IMG/VR virus record: IMGVR_UViG_3300017909_003509
Location: 1 to 27,183 of that record
DNA length: 27,183 nt
Strand: one strand, 5' to 3'
From: a virus
Taxonomy: Duplodnaviria > Caudoviricetes
Numbering within the stretch: the stretch's first letter is position 1; each line of letters opens with the position of its first letter. A program made the translations under genes and the position numbers. The notes under the pieces were generated by a model. It did not search any database. It was not told the origin of the DNA and was given only the letters and a program-made list of their open reading frames with translations. This document shows positions 16,801 through 24,973 of the stretch, in pieces.

Positions 16801-17275
16801 CAACATAACTGGTCGATATCATCTTGAAGATGTTCTGTAGTCCTTCTTGGCTTTGTGCAAGCAAAATAAGATGGCGCCGACGATTAAGCACAGACTTCAT
16901 CTTTTTCTTAGATGCTTCGTTCTCTACAGTGGTGCCGGACTGCTCAGCTTCATACTCCGACTTGTTCTTAGCTTCCGCTTTGATTCTTTCGTAATCCTCT
17001 TTCCAGTTCGCAACAGATGGAATGAAGTAAGCCTCTACTCCAAAGATTGGCTTAAAGTTCTTTCCTTCCTTTTGCATCTTTTTGGCATGTAACACCTGAC
17101 CTGCAAGACCATTGGCATTACCGTGGTCTGTCAAGGCCAGTGCGTCCATACCATTATTATAAGCAAAGTCCATATGCTCATCTGGGTAACCTAGTGCGTC
17201 GAATGGCGAGCCTGCTACAGAGTGTGCGTGTAGGCCTACAAAAGGTATAGTGGGGTTATTTCTTGACGATTGCAA
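13841..17275 (-). CDS. dnaE: DNA polymerase III alpha subunit (family C)
   Basis: PHP domain (LHAHS, LTDHG), GRGSAAGS, PDIDYD, RHAGG, KFDILGL, GFNKSH and a C-terminal OB fold; TTG start with GGAGG. Confidence 0.97.
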   Translation of the reverse strand: MQSSRNNPTIPFVGLHAHSVAGSPFDALGYPDEHMDFAYNNGMDALALTDHGNANGLAGQVLHAKKMQKEGKNFKPIFGVEAYFIPSVANWKEDYERIKAEAKNKSEYEAEQSGTTVENEASKKKMKSVLNRRRHLILLAQSQEGLQNIFKMISTSYVGDNFYRYPRVDYALLKKYNKGVIAASACLGGVYAGNYWENREEGADAILDAMRKTTQKMQSIFGDRWYGELQWNNVPEQHELNQYIIQMHHEFGIELISTADSHYYNPEVWKDRELYKRLGWLGKGRPDYLSEELPVSVEEIGYELYPKNGDQMWESYKHYSKLCGVEYDDELVKASIARTHDIAHRRIESFLPDNTVRLPDFVVPEGSNAGQTLAALCVEGLRSLGLENNTEYAERLRYEVDIIDDRGFSKYFLTMKAISDMAVEKQLVGPGRGSAAGSLVSYVLGITQVDPIKYGLQFERFLTKGGSGYPDIDYDVSDPMVLKEHLIDQWGDDTVVPITNWNTLQLRSLIKDISKFYGIEFTEVNNVTSKMVHEATPLAKKAHGITAGVYAPTFEELMMYSETLQKFLQKYPHIKTHVEALYGQTRSASRHAGGVVIGERLDEWMPLINSGGVRQTPWSEGQNVRHLEPMGFIKFDILGLASLRMVEGAIDRILRRHHGVKSPTFEQIKSFYDEHLHPDKIDLDDSEVWQNIFHEGKWAGIFQFTEGGAQSFCKNAKPDNITDLAAITSIYRPGPLSAGVDKMFIGAKQEPDEVEYLNDTVRSVTEETYGFLIFQEQIAMLAHKLGKDLTLDEGNKLRKLLTKKGTGAVVEEKDKIFQKFKTGCVEKGMLESEARELWQTFEYFSGYGFNKSHAVSYCILSYQCAWLLNYYPAEWLAAFLDKEPETRKERAIATAKSLGYKVEPLNVNTSGTVWEIDETGHTLIQPLTSIKGLGDKAIEQIINHRPFDTIEEFLFHPEIVYSKLNKKSIHALTLAQAMNDLVDDRFSGLKHFYSAVAVDRPRKPKNLEENIVKYEPEGDFSEEEKLEYLVSLTGVFPISSVVTTRVRQKLDELYIPPISEFDPDLGVTWFIPRECKLKKSKNGKNFYVVKVIDDNNETTTIRCWGVDPDKDVVHINRPYMARLKYDPNWGFSTFSVRKMFKLLA

Positions 17276-17483
17276 TTACTGCCTCCAATTCAGACTTGAT
17301 TAGTTCCAAGTCGTCTATTAATGTTAACTTCTGTTTTCTATTATCCACTATTTCATTGAAAAAGTCACGAAAAAAAATCTGTTTATCTACAGAAAGTTCG
17401 CTAAAAGAAAAAGGCATGCCTGCTGCCTCTTTGGTGTGATACGGAATGTCATCATAAAAATCATCAACCATCATAAATTTCAT
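17256..17483 (-). CDS. Hypothetical protein
   Basis: 75 aa ORF filling the gap between neighbours; start uncertain. Confidence 0.55.
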   Translation of the reverse strand: MKFMMVDDFYDDIPYHTKEAAGMPFSFSELSVDKQIFFRDFFNEIVDNRKQKLTLIDDLELIKSELEAVIAIVKK

Positions 17484-18327
17484 CCTTTCTTAAGAAAAAT
17501 GGTTTGTTCATTGTTTTGGTCATCTTCCTGATAGTAAGGTCTGACCTATAAAACTCTTTTAGCTCCTCCCAAGAATCTAAAGAGTAATATTGTTGTACTT
17601 CTACTTTTTTATCTATATCTATTTTATCATGATAAAATATTTTGTCAAGTGTAAAGTTTTTTGCCGACCACCTTTCTTCTAGTGGTATATCTTTATTCCC
17701 TCCTGTGTTATTCTCGTTGATTTGTCTTCTAAAAAGCAGCCAATCATCAGGAGTAAAACTAAACGGTAGGTATAACCCATCTCGAACAGTCTTGCCTTCA
17801 AAGGAAGCATAAACCTTCTTGCCGGATCGAATGTCTGTTCTAGCTTGTTTTAGTTGCTTTGGGTGACCTATACCGAAAGGAAAAGAGACAAAATAACTAG
17901 ATGGTGCCACCCACCTTGAAATCTTTTTTGAAACTATAAATGCCGTCAGGGCGCCATGTAAAATTGACCAACCTAGTGTATCTTTTCTGTTTCTGTCTTT
18001 CTGAAGTACAGGAGTGTAAAATATAGGAATATATTCTTTTGAAGCATTTGGTATGCGCTTAAAATGCCAGCTATCATATATTATTGGGTCCATAACATAA
18101 TCACCCAACCGCTTCTTAACTATCGGCAAAGTATCGTCATTGCAGATAACCCATATTGTTTTACAGCCAACGTGAGCACATTCATATACTGAACGCTCTA
18201 AGGCAGTGATTCCATCACCAACCGGTTGCATATAGTCTGGTAGTGGTAAACCCAACACATCCTCGCGGCCAGCAAGTGGGATTATACCCACTGGGTTTAC
18301 TGCGCTCTCTTTAGGGTGCGAATCCAT
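17464..18327 (-). CDS. Divergent sugar-nucleotidyltransferase (GT-A/NTP_transferase)-like protein
   Basis: VGIIPLAG...LPLPDYMQPVG...LERSVYECAHVGCKTIWVI...TLGWSI resembles the RmlA/GlmU N-terminus, with a degenerate GxGTR/K motif. Confidence 0.55.
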   Translation of the reverse strand: MDSHPKESAVNPVGIIPLAGREDVLGLPLPDYMQPVGDGITALERSVYECAHVGCKTIWVICNDDTLPIVKKRLGDYVMDPIIYDSWHFKRIPNASKEYIPIFYTPVLQKDRNRKDTLGWSILHGALTAFIVSKKISRWVAPSSYFVSFPFGIGHPKQLKQARTDIRSGKKVYASFEGKTVRDGLYLPFSFTPDDWLLFRRQINENNTGGNKDIPLEERWSAKNFTLDKIFYHDKIDIDKKVEVQQYYSLDSWEELKEFYRSDLTIRKMTKTMNKPFFLRKDEIYDG

Positions 18328-19096
18328 TTACAAAATCTTTCACTTGCGGATTAATAAACTTAACTGTTTTAGAATCCTCATACTTATTGTTATCCACCGG
18401 AAGTACGTATCTCTTTAGGTGTTCTAATAAAATCTTTCTCATCTTAGGCTTGCCGCTTTTATATATGATATTATCTTTTAACCCAACATATCCAATTTTT
18501 TTTAAACAATCTTTTAACTTGAAAGCTGCCATAGTATCTGAATACTCAAAATCGTATAAGTCTTGCTTCTCTAATTTCGATACCGAAACTATATCGGTAA
18601 CATGTTTTGCACCATCGACTCTGAGTGAATTATAAAAATGTATTTCCGATAACAATTTGTCTTCACTAAAAATTGATTTTACATCAGTCGCATCTTTGCC
18701 CATCCTGGAAACCTTAAAATCATCTACAACCTTATAAGTTTCTGGCTTCGCAATTGCGACATCATTTTCATGAGAAACATTTAAAGTATCACAAATATAA
18801 CATATATCGAATTGAAAGTCAAATAACAGGTTATCACTAAATAATTTTATTTTATTATCTTGAATTCTTACTTGTTTTAAATCTAGATACTCAATATTAA
18901 GGGACAAGAACCCCAAAAGGTCTTTGGTGTGGGACAATATCTCTTTTTTATTTGATGTACCAAAAAGAGAAAATCCCAGACACTCTTCAAAGAAAAGTGG
19001 CTGGAAGTTGTCGGTGGGTATGTAATAAAACTGATTATAATAAGCAAAGAGGGCGGACTCTAACGAATGCCCTATCACTACATTGCTTAATAGCAC
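18311..19096 (-). CDS. Hypothetical protein with degenerate Rossmann-like N-terminus
   Basis: NVVIGHSLESALFA resembles a decayed VVIGxGxxG dinucleotide-binding start. Confidence 0.55.
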   Translation of the reverse strand: MLLSNVVIGHSLESALFAYYNQFYYIPTDNFQPLFFEECLGFSLFGTSNKKEILSHTKDLLGFLSLNIEYLDLKQVRIQDNKIKLFSDNLLFDFQFDICYICDTLNVSHENDVAIAKPETYKVVDDFKVSRMGKDATDVKSIFSEDKLLSEIHFYNSLRVDGAKHVTDIVSVSKLEKQDLYDFEYSDTMAAFKLKDCLKKIGYVGLKDNIIYKSGKPKMRKILLEHLKRYVLPVDNNKYEDSKTVKFINPQVKDFVNGFAP

Positions 19097-21303
19097 ATAT
19101 TCTCCTGGGTACGCTCCCTGAGTAAATAATTAGCGAGTATGTACGGGTAGTCAAAAGACATATTAAAACCTTGAACATTTTCTTCTGGGCGGGGTAAACA
19201 TGCCTCGTCTATAATAGACATTAAATTGTTGTAGGTGACCAAAGCATCGTTTGACAAAACAAATGTTCCACCACCAGAATCTAGCGCTATCTCGTCCCAT
19301 CCATAAAAAGGAGATGCAAAAGTGTACAATTTTGTATTAGGAGCAACATCTACAGCGTTAACGACCTGTTCGTTTCTGAATTCGGGGAACATATACGACT
19401 GCTCATCTTCATCAGTGAAGAGAATGATTATTCTATCAGTATCTTGTCTCCAGTTGATGAAAAAGTTTTCTAGTGCTGGTACAGAAGCCGCTCCTCGCTG
19501 CCAGACCCTATTGTCCACATCGGCGTGCAACGGTGCAAGGTTTCTAATTGATAACATGACTGCATCCATCAACATTTCCAGACCACCGACAAAACTAGTG
19601 GGATCAAGCGATATAAACCTCTGAAAAAATACATCAAAAGGCGAGATGTTTGATACAAGAGTCAACACTTCAAGTTCTGTCGGGTGGACATCGAGATCTA
19701 GCATTCTTGTTGGTCCTATAATCAGCCCCCAATGCAATACCTCCTCAGCTGAAAAGTGCATACCAAAGCGATTGAGGGCGCTGGTTACTGCTCTTATCTC
19801 GCCGCCCATCGAGCCGCTCGAATCAATTATGAAAAGGATATCTGTTGGTCTTAGCTCTTCGCCATAATCAACTTCTCCATCACAATCATTGTCTGCACCA
19901 TCGCAGACTTCGCGCTGCGGTAGAATCTCGCCTCCGCACAAATCTTGCGCCCAGACACCTGCTCTATCAGGAGCACCCCAGCGACCTTCTTGACAAGTCT
20001 GCTCGCCCGGTGTACAGATGCCCACGTTCAACGTCTCTCTTGGTCCTGTATAACAAGCTTGTGACATGTTTTCATCAACCAAATCATCACAATCTTCATC
20101 AAAATTATTGCACATCTCATTCTCTATTGGGCGACCAAGGGCAGGCTCACACTCGTCAGCATCAACAGCATCCGGAAAATGTGCACAAAGTGCCTTACAA
20201 TCTCCCATTTGCAAAACTGTACAGTCAACGTCCAAACATTCACAAGTTTTGAAGCCCAGACCACATAACAGCGGGTCTTCTGTACACGGAAATAAAACCC
20301 CAACCTGGTCAATTGTGCACAAGCAGTTAATGCCTTCATCAGGTATGCCATCGCAGTCGTTATCGAGACCGTCACACTGTTCCTCTTGCGGTTGTTGCGC
20401 AGTACAAGAAACCCACTGACCTGCAATACAAGTCTCCAAACCCAAGCCGCACTCGGTCTCGCAACCTCTAATCAAGTCTTCGTCGATATCTCCGTCACAA
20501 TCATTATCGATACCGTCGCAATCGTCAACAGGCAATTCACCACATTCGTTGCATGCATTACGCTGACCTTCATCAATTTCGCCATCACAGTCATCGTCAG
20601 TAAAGTTGCATATTTCCTCATCAGGCTCACGGTTTACGCAGTCAACAATTTCCCCGTTAACACAAAGCCCTACACCGGGGCCACACTCGTCGTCACAGGG
20701 AATTGGGTCTTCATCTATCCTGTCATCGCAATCGTTATCGACGTTATCACAAACTTCCGGCTCGCAAAGAATACAAGGACCGTGCACAATCCTTCCCTTA
20801 TCACACAAGACACGTTGCTGCCCTATAGTACCATCAGCAAGCTGACACTCAAACCACTGCAAAAAATCCCGCGAAGAGCCCGGTGGGCACTCAAAAGCAA
20901 GTCGACACTCACTTTGGTAAAGGATTTGTGGCGGTGGGCAATTTGGGTCTTCACCAAAGACACACTGTTCGCCATCTTCATTACAGACCTCTACAATAAC
21001 CTGCATTGATTGAACTGAGTTATCTGGCTGCGGTGGGCACCACCATTCCTGAGTTGAACAGCACTGAGGCAAACAATGGCAATATTGTTCATGAACAGAA
21101 GGGTCTGGTTCCTCACAAGGGTCTATGGCCGGCAGTGTATCGCTCGGAGCAACATCTGTTACGATTAACGATAAATCTTTCTCTAATTGTTGGTCTGGTA
21201 GAATTATTGGTTTCGCATCTTGCTGTCCTGCTAGATTGGTTTCATCTGCGCAGGATAACATTACTAATCCAGAGAGGCTAGCAACCGTCAGTAATTTCAT
21301 CAT
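19087..21303 (-). CDS. Cys/Asp-rich repeat lipoprotein with C-terminal vWA domain (MopE-related/myxobacterial type)
   Basis: Lipobox VMLSC; six ExC(D/N)xxDxDCDxxxDE repeats; vWA with MIDAS DSSGS and IILFTD. Confidence 0.85.
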   Translation of the reverse strand: MMKLLTVASLSGLVMLSCADETNLAGQQDAKPIILPDQQLEKDLSLIVTDVAPSDTLPAIDPCEEPDPSVHEQYCHCLPQCCSTQEWWCPPQPDNSVQSMQVIVEVCNEDGEQCVFGEDPNCPPPQILYQSECRLAFECPPGSSRDFLQWFECQLADGTIGQQRVLCDKGRIVHGPCILCEPEVCDNVDNDCDDRIDEDPIPCDDECGPGVGLCVNGEIVDCVNREPDEEICNFTDDDCDGEIDEGQRNACNECGELPVDDCDGIDNDCDGDIDEDLIRGCETECGLGLETCIAGQWVSCTAQQPQEEQCDGLDNDCDGIPDEGINCLCTIDQVGVLFPCTEDPLLCGLGFKTCECLDVDCTVLQMGDCKALCAHFPDAVDADECEPALGRPIENEMCNNFDEDCDDLVDENMSQACYTGPRETLNVGICTPGEQTCQEGRWGAPDRAGVWAQDLCGGEILPQREVCDGADNDCDGEVDYGEELRPTDILFIIDSSGSMGGEIRAVTSALNRFGMHFSAEEVLHWGLIIGPTRMLDLDVHPTELEVLTLVSNISPFDVFFQRFISLDPTSFVGGLEMLMDAVMLSIRNLAPLHADVDNRVWQRGAASVPALENFFINWRQDTDRIIILFTDEDEQSYMFPEFRNEQVVNAVDVAPNTKLYTFASPFYGWDEIALDSGGGTFVLSNDALVTYNNLMSIIDEACLPRPEENVQGFNMSFDYPYILANYLLRERTQENMCY
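19864..20757 (-). repeat. Six protein-level putative metal-binding repeats
   Basis: EVCDNVDNDCDDRIDE, EICNFTDDDCDGEIDE, DDCDGIDNDCDGDIDE, EQCDGLDNDCDGIPDE, EMCNNFDEDCDDLVDE, EVCDGADNDCDGEVDY. Confidence 0.85.
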
Positions 21304-21757
21304 GGATTCTTCTCACTTTCTTAACGTAACGTGACTTTTTATAAGGATAATTCTTCTTAAGACACTTGACGCCGGCGTTATAAGCGCAGAGCGCCCTATC
21401 TTCATTGCCTTTTGCATAATTGTCAATTATATATTTCAGTATCTTGGCTCCAGCTGCAATAGACACTTTGGGGTTCTTAAGTTGTTTGCAAGTATACTTT
21501 TTATATCCTGTCTCGGGGCCACCGGTGTATTTAGGGATGATTTGCGTAAGGCCACATGCGTTTGCCTTGCTGACAACATAAGGCAGAAATCCGCTTTCAA
21601 CATAAATCAAAGAAGCTAGAAGATAAGGGTCTATCTCATTCTTAATTGATTCTTCTACTATCTGGGTCTCATAGAGACAAAGGTTTTGTGCCTGCCTGTC
21701 ACTCATTGGTAATACCGCTGTCATGACTGTGCATATCGACAACAATGCAATGTTCAT
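21278..21757 (-). CDS. Lytic transglycosylase (SLT domain) with hydrophobic N-terminus
   Basis: VESGF (catalytic Glu), GLTQI, AYNAG, YVKKV. Confidence 0.9.
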   Translation of the reverse strand: MNIALLSICTVMTAVLPMSDRQAQNLCLYETQIVEESIKNEIDPYLLASLIYVESGFLPYVVSKANACGLTQIIPKYTGGPETGYKKYTCKQLKNPKVSIAAGAKILKYIIDNYAKGNEDRALCAYNAGVKCLKKNYPYKKSRYVKKVRRIHDEITDGC

Positions 21758-21758
21758 A

Positions 21759-22463
21759 CTAGTCCCCTTTATGATATTTTTCTATATATGCTCTTGTCGA
21801 TACCGGAAAGTGCTTCTCGGCAATCTTGAGACAAGCTTTGGCAACCTGCTGTATTTCCCACTGAGCACCTTCATGAGAACGTAAACTAATAAATTTCAAT
21901 AGGTTATGCAAATTAGCAGTGCCGTAATACTCAGTGTACAAATTTTGAGGCAAAACTCCTCTAGCCTGCTCTCTACAGACACCTTTATCAATAAGAGAGT
22001 CATATAAACTTAGGCTGCGAGCGTTATGCATCTTTACTGCATCAGAAGCTTTTTCAAAGCCGATTTGCAGGTAACTTGAGTTAAGTACTGGGTTAACAAG
22101 TTCATCGTTACTAGCTTGCCTGTTACTCTTATGTTGTGTTCTGAACTCTTCTGGCGAGTAGAACCGCATGTCAATGCCAGTATACCGGCGTGAGATTTCG
22201 TTGTATGCCCATGTTCGATGCCTGTGGTGCTGAGACCTTATAAATAGGGGCACAACAAACCTCATGGTTAAAGTACAATGTTCGAATGGGCTTGTGTGAT
22301 TGTGTTTCATCAAATAATTGATGAGTTTCACATCCTTATCGTCGAGGTCTTCTTTCTCTACCCCAAAACTAACACGGGCGGCGTTGACAACGCTTAGGTC
22401 ACTGCCCATATGGTCAATATATTCTACAGAACCTACGCCGTCTTCAAAAAGGTCAATCTTCAT
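21759..22463 (-). CDS. thyX: FAD-dependent thymidylate synthase
   Basis: AARVS, HTSPFEH, RHR-x6-SRRY, EQARGVLP, AQWEI. Confidence 0.97.
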   Translation of the reverse strand: MKIDLFEDGVGSVEYIDHMGSDLSVVNAARVSFGVEKEDLDDKDVKLINYLMKHNHTSPFEHCTLTMRFVVPLFIRSQHHRHRTWAYNEISRRYTGIDMRFYSPEEFRTQHKSNRQASNDELVNPVLNSSYLQIGFEKASDAVKMHNARSLSLYDSLIDKGVCREQARGVLPQNLYTEYYGTANLHNLLKFISLRSHEGAQWEIQQVAKACLKIAEKHFPVSTRAYIEKYHKGD

Positions 22464-22779
22464 TTAGGCCTCGCATAACACCGACTACATAATTCTCTAG
22501 AACTGTATAGTAAGATTTTTCTTTTACTACAATCTCTTCAATCATTGACCGTTCAACAATAACAGTTCTGTTCTTATTGCCAGAACCCCTTAGTTCTCGA
22601 AAAGCAGTCGAACAATCTGAAGCAATATCAACCACTGTAGCTGTAATATACCTTGACTCTTCTTGTTTGAAGTCGTCCGGTAAAATAACTCCAGATGATG
22701 TCTCCTGCTTATCTGGATGCGGAATGATTGTAAGGTGTCGATTTACAGGCTTTAACACCGGGGCAAAATACTTAGACAT
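22453..22779 (-). CDS. groES: Co-chaperonin GroES
   Basis: LKPVNRHLTI...ETSSGVILP mobile loop, ATVVDI, ENYVVGV. Confidence 0.8.
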   Translation of the reverse strand: MSKYFAPVLKPVNRHLTIIPHPDKQETSSGVILPDDFKQEESRYITATVVDIASDCSTAFRELRGSGNKNRTVIVERSMIEEIVVKEKSYYTVLENYVVGVMRGLNED

Positions 22780-23044
22780 GACTAATCGACCTCACAGTTC
22801 TCTTCAGCTTATTGAAATATTCCGTTAGCTGTTCCATATCAGTATCAGATTTGACCAGTCGATATGCCTTTACAGCCAAGCGCATTTCCTCTTTTGAGAG
22901 CCAACCATTATCGTTGTATGACTCGCGAAGGTCGCGGCGTTGCTCCTTGAAAGGCTCCATTGCATCTTCGATGGCAGCAAATTCTTTTACAAAATTAGAA
23001 AGATGTTCTTCAGTAGTTAATAGTTTATCGTCGTAGGAACTCAT
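22772..23044 (-). CDS. GapR/DUF2312/T4 DsbA-like dsDNA-binding protein
   Basis: LSNFVKEFAAIEDAMEPFKEQRRDLRESY...LSKEEMRLAVK helical pattern typical of this family; AAGGAG RBS. Confidence 0.6.
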   Translation of the reverse strand: MSSYDDKLLTTEEHLSNFVKEFAAIEDAMEPFKEQRRDLRESYNDNGWLSKEEMRLAVKAYRLVKSDTDMEQLTEYFNKLKRTVRSISHV

Positions 23045-23074
23045 TTTTACTCCTTTGTGCTAAGTTCTATTAAT

Positions 23075-23103
23075 ATATTAAACGATTATATCAGGAAAGT
23101 CAA
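23075..23103 (-). promoter_or_regulatory. Sigma70-like promoter
   Basis: Minus strand TTGACT-17 nt-TAATAT; a TGATATAAT extended -10 also lies within the spacer. Confidence 0.7.
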
Positions 23104-23109
23104 TAGATT

Positions 23110-24972
23110 TTATACAAATTTTACTTCGCAAGCTCCGCCAGCACAAGCTGCTTCGCCCTTAAGGTCTGTATTGTCTTCTTCTTCATTGATCTGTGTGAGG
23201 TCAATAGATGTCAACGAACCAAGGAGAGCCTCATATGTTTCCTTGGAGCAATCCTCGAATGGAGCTTGCTTATAAGTGTGATCAGAATATGGCAAGACAG
23301 ATAAGCCGTTGTAACTACTGCGGTTTTCCCACATCCACTCACCAACATCAACCCACTCTGCGTCCTTGATAGAAATAGTGGCTGAAATGTTATGTGTGTT
23401 CTGTCCCTTACGGAAACCTGGCTTTACCCATTCGTCTGTAACACTCTTAACTCTCTTCAAAAGCTGAAGTGCTGACTCGGTTCTAAGAATCGAACCTTCG
23501 GGTGCCTTCTGTGGGATAGAAATAACAGCCGTTGTGTGTGGGCTAAAGTATTCGTCTTCTACCAATTCAGGGTGGTTAGCGGCCAAGTAGCCATAGATAG
23601 CTTCGTTCTTACCGACTCGTAGGCGGCGAATATAATAATCATTGTGCCATGCGTGAATGCCAGAACTAGTACCAAGTGTCAAAGAAGTTGTGCCAGCTGG
23701 CTTAACGCAAGTTGTTCTGGCTGCTGGATTGATTCCTAGTAGCTTGGCCACTCTTGCGTTCTCCTCCTTTACTTTGGTGGCTGCTTCTTTCATATCAAGC
23801 TTCAATACTGCTCCAGATGCAATACCAGTCATAGAAACGCCGATTAGAGCGTCCCTTTCGGTTGTCCTGCGCCATACATCACGAAGGTAGTGAAAGTCGG
23901 TGTAGCTGGCTTGTAGAGTGCCGATAAAGCTCGCTGCTTCAACTCTTTCGTTGAGGTCCTGCTGAGATTCAACGTTTGATACGTTTACTTCTGTCAAGTT
24001 ACAGAATTGATATGGACGAAGACCAATCTCACAACAAGGGTTTGTTCCCCAATCTTTATCGTTAGAAAAATAGAAACCTGGCTCGCCTGCTCCAGAAGCC
24101 TTCACTCTATCCCACAAGTCCATAAAGTATTCTTTGTCAATCTTGTGGCGGAGAAGCACAACAGAGTTATTTGCTCGACCACGTTGTGGGTTAGTCTCCC
24201 ACCAGTTGCCAGTCTTTGCAGCAATCATATCCTCATCGTCTGCCGAGAATAATGAAATCAGAGCAGCCCTACGGATACCGCCTGCCAGCACAGCGTCAGC
24301 TATATGACATATCATATCGTGTACTTCGATTGGCGTTAGTTTGTCTCCATTGTCCTTCTGTGACAGCATGCCTTCCAGCTTGACCAAGCACTCACGAAGA
24401 GGCTGTGGTCCTGGGGCTTTACCGCCAGAAGTAATGAGAGCAGCACCTTTCGGGCGAATATCTGAAAAGTCAAAGCGAAGATGTGACCCACCCTGGAAAT
24501 AAGAGCGAACAAGTGCTTTTACAGCATCTGCCCAACCTTCAATGGAGTCATTTACAAGAAAACGGCGGGTTCTCTTCAGGTTTGGCTTTGTGATTTCTGG
24601 TAACTTTTCAACATGATGCTTTTGTACTGAATACCCCACTCCGGTGCCGCCGAGAAGAAGGAACATAGCTTCACCAAAGCATCTCCAGTCGTCGGCTGGC
24701 ATGAAAGCGCAGTTAAAAATACGATTTGGTGCAACCTCAATTGGCTTGCCGCCAAACTGCATCGAGCGCATAGAAGGAAGAACCTTTTTATCAAAGACCA
24801 TCTTATAAGCTTTTCTAATCTGCAGTTCCATTTCTGGAAACTTCTTAAGATGCATATTCATGTTACGAGTAACAAGCTCATCCCAAGTTTCTCTTCGCTG
24901 TTTATCTTCAAGATAACGTGCATATTTCATATGTACTGTGATTTCTGATAAGATTTGATTTGATAATTCCAT
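23110..24972 (-). CDS. nrdJ: Class II (adenosylcobalamin-dependent) monomeric ribonucleotide reductase
   Basis: PSMR, FNC, RRAA, TNPCCEI, CNLTEV, CVKPAGT and C-terminal CAGGAC; no beta subunit nearby. Confidence 0.92.
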   Translation of the reverse strand: MELSNQILSEITVHMKYARYLEDKQRRETWDELVTRNMNMHLKKFPEMELQIRKAYKMVFDKKVLPSMRSMQFGGKPIEVAPNRIFNCAFMPADDWRCFGEAMFLLLGGTGVGYSVQKHHVEKLPEITKPNLKRTRRFLVNDSIEGWADAVKALVRSYFQGGSHLRFDFSDIRPKGAALITSGGKAPGPQPLRECLVKLEGMLSQKDNGDKLTPIEVHDMICHIADAVLAGGIRRAALISLFSADDEDMIAAKTGNWWETNPQRGRANNSVVLLRHKIDKEYFMDLWDRVKASGAGEPGFYFSNDKDWGTNPCCEIGLRPYQFCNLTEVNVSNVESQQDLNERVEAASFIGTLQASYTDFHYLRDVWRRTTERDALIGVSMTGIASGAVLKLDMKEAATKVKEENARVAKLLGINPAARTTCVKPAGTTSLTLGTSSGIHAWHNDYYIRRLRVGKNEAIYGYLAANHPELVEDEYFSPHTTAVISIPQKAPEGSILRTESALQLLKRVKSVTDEWVKPGFRKGQNTHNISATISIKDAEWVDVGEWMWENRSSYNGLSVLPYSDHTYKQAPFEDCSKETYEALLGSLTSIDLTQINEEEDNTDLKGEAACAGGACEVKFV

Positions 24973-24973
24973 T

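Noticed and set aside
19864-20757. Recurrent DNA similarity that could suggest a CRISPR array or DGR repeat
   Set aside because: Repeats are degenerate, in frame and explained by protein repeats; no constant repeat-spacer period and no reverse transcriptase
20386-21009. 207 aa plus-strand ORF and neighbouring antisense ORFs
   Set aside because: Shadow of the Cys/Asp-rich repeat gene; the biased codons suppress stops on the opposite strand
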